From contig QHUC01000055.1 in NCBI GenBank assembly GCA_003221045.1, positions 1 to 40,196 on the forward strand: a stretch of DNA of 40,196 bases, in the 5' to 3' direction. The position numbers and the translations under genes were made by a program. This DNA comes from Gemmatimonadota bacterium (GTDB lineage: Bacteria > Gemmatimonadota > Gemmatimonadetes > Gemmatimonadales > GWC2-71-9). Shown one piece after another: positions 38,854 through 40,196 of this stretch. Within the stretch, counting starts at the first letter, position 1. Each line of letters opens with the position of its first letter. Under the pieces are notes generated by a model, which ran no database searches, had not been told where the DNA came from, and saw nothing but the letters and a program-made list of their open reading frames with translations.

Positions 38854-39725
38854 GTTGTCTCACCTCTTCGCTTTCCCCAACCGATCTTGAACACCTGCAC
38901 CGCCGCGCGATAGCCAAGGTAGCGCACCATCGCGTAGAAGCCGAGGACCGTCAGGAGCACCGCGGTATAGAAGCGCCACAGGAGGAGCATGCTGACTTGG
39001 CGCGAGCCGAAGTCCCCCGCAAAGCCGTTCAAGAACGCCACCTCGAGTCCCCCGCCTCCCGACGGGAGGGGCACAATGAGGGGCGCGTGGATCAGCGCGA
39101 GCGCACCGAAGAACATCTGGCCGAACGGCGGGGGGTGTGGCAAGCCCCAGGCGAGCGCCGGCAGGATGAGCGCGCGGGCGACCACGCTGATCACCGTGAG
39201 CAGCGCGCCCGACGCGAGCGCCCACCAGGGAGCGCGGCGGACGTGCGCCCAGGCGACGCGCCACTGGCGGCGCACGCGATGGCGGACGAACCCCGCGCGA
39301 GCGAGGCGTTGGAGCAGGTACGCGATCACCAGGACGAGGAGCGCGACGACCTCGACGCTCACCAGTTCGCCGGCGCGGTGGCGATGCAGCCAGGTCGCCG
39401 CGGCGTCCCGCCAGTCGGGCACGTAGTAGGCGAAGAGCGCTGCACCGGCGATCAGGAAGACGGGCCACTCGGCGGCCACCTCGACGCCGATCGCCACGAT
39501 CGCCGTGACCGGTCGCAGCCCCGCCTCGGTGAGGCCCAGAAAGCGCGCGGGCTCACCCCCGAGGCGATTGGGCGTCAGCTGTGAGGCGGCTTCACCGTAG
39601 AGATTGAGCCGAAACGCATCGTCGAACGAGAGACGGCCCCCTGCGGTCCAGACGGCGAGCTGGATCCGCCAGGCGCGGACCACGCAGTCGATGGCGAGCA
39701 GCGCCAGGGAGAGGAGGTGGCCCAC
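38850..39725 (-). CDS. Lysylphosphatidylglycerol synthase TM / flippase-like (UPF0104) membrane protein
   Basis: RAWR, LTPNRLGGEPAR, PLPSGGGGLE, LLLWRFYT, multiple TM helices. Likely GTG start at 39725. Confidence 0.8.
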   Translation of the reverse strand: MGHLLSLALLAIDCVVRAWRIQLAVWTAGGRLSFDDAFRLNLYGEAASQLTPNRLGGEPARFLGLTEAGLRPVTAIVAIGVEVAAEWPVFLIAGAALFAYYVPDWRDAAATWLHRHRAGELVSVEVVALLVLVIAYLLQRLARAGFVRHRVRRQWRVAWAHVRRAPWWALASGALLTVISVVARALILPALAWGLPHPPPFGQMFFGALALIHAPLIVPLPSGGGGLEVAFLNGFAGDFGSRQVSMLLLWRFYTAVLLTVLGFYAMVRYLGYRAAVQVFKIGWGKRRGETT

Positions 39726-39732
39726 GCCAGCG

Positions 39733-39921
39733 TCAGTCGGAGCAGTCGCCAAGGGGGTAGATGAAGCCGCAGTTCGGGCAGGGGTTCTTGCAGCCCCAGG
39801 GCCGGGGTAACACCTCGGCGCCACACCGCAAGCATGTCGGCTGCGGCTTACCCGAGGCGATAGGCGCCGGTGAGGAAGGGGTTGGTGTGGCGCTCGCGGC
39901 CCACGGTGGTTTCGGGTCCAT
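39733..39921 (-). CDS. Small Cys-rich zinc-finger-like protein, start uncertain
   Basis: CLRCG...GCKNPCPNCGFIYPLGDCSD-stop fills the gap between the MBL and flippase genes. Nearest upstream in-frame ATG is 39921, inside the MBL gene. Confidence 0.6.
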   Translation of the reverse strand: MDPKPPWAASATPTPSSPAPIASGKPQPTCLRCGAEVLPRPWGCKNPCPNCGFIYPLGDCSD

Positions 39922-40195
39922 GACCGCTGTACACAATGGTCGAATCGGGGAGCGTAAGCAACTCGCGCTCGATGCTCCGGATGAGCGTCTCCAGGTCGCC
40001 TCCGGGCAGGTCCGCGCGCCCGATGGAGCCCTGGAACAGCACGTCACCCGTGAAGACCACGCCCTGTCCCTCGAACACGACGCTGCCGGGCGAGTGTCCC
40101 GGCGCGTGGCGCACCCGGAACGCGAGCTCCCCGACGGGCAGAACGTCTCCGTGCGCGAGCGCCCGGTCTGGCTCGGGCATCGGCTCGGCGCGCAT
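39848..40195 (-). CDS. MBL-fold metallo-hydrolase (glyoxalase II-like), 5' end beyond the window
   Basis: APGHSPGS, FTGDVLFQGSIGRADLPGG, YSGHGPETTVGRER..NPF. Confidence 0.9.
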   Translation of the reverse strand: MRAEPMPEPDRALAHGDVLPVGELAFRVRHAPGHSPGSVVFEGQGVVFTGDVLFQGSIGRADLPGGDLETLIRSIERELLTLPDSTIVYSGHGPETTVGRERHTNPFLTGAYRLG

Positions 40196-40196
40196 G

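Overview
GC-rich core-genome window, almost all on the minus strand. Gene style suggests a Gemmatimonadota-like bacterium (inference). In coordinate order it holds: partial relA/spoT, radC, acetoacetate-CoA ligase, secA, nadD, bamD, two TPR proteins, a nucleotide-sugar block (UDP-GlcA epimerase-like, UDP-GlcA decarboxylase, ugd, wbpA/B/E/D-like), murB, carB, rmd-like, gmd, rpmB (+), a stand-alone rpmJ-rpsM-rpsK-rpsD-rpoA-rplQ operon, pyrF/pyrD, an amidase, smpB, tRNA-Leu(CAG), an Rrf2-linked sulfur-relay cluster (sulfurtransferase, cysteine synthase, JAMM protease, ubiquitin-like/E1/rhodanese triple fusion), membrane proteins, aspA-like lyase, a cupin, an AhpD/CMD gene, a flippase-like protein, a tiny Cys-rich protein and a partial MBL hydrolase. 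Main signals: (1) the AhpD/CMD gene reads through an in-frame TGA at the CxxC position (CRYU), followed by a SECIS-like hairpin, so it is a probable selenoprotein; (2) a sulfur carrier whose Gly-Gly end is blocked by fusion to its own E1, next to a JAMM protease that could release it, with an IscR-like palindrome upstream of the cluster; (3) a 42-bp inverted repeat of 10-mer units inside the cysteine synthase coding sequence; (4) eight genes, including essential rpoA, lack an internal conserved segment, most likely from collapsed assembly gaps; (5) several apparently leaderless promoters. No IS, integrase or CRISPR array was seen.
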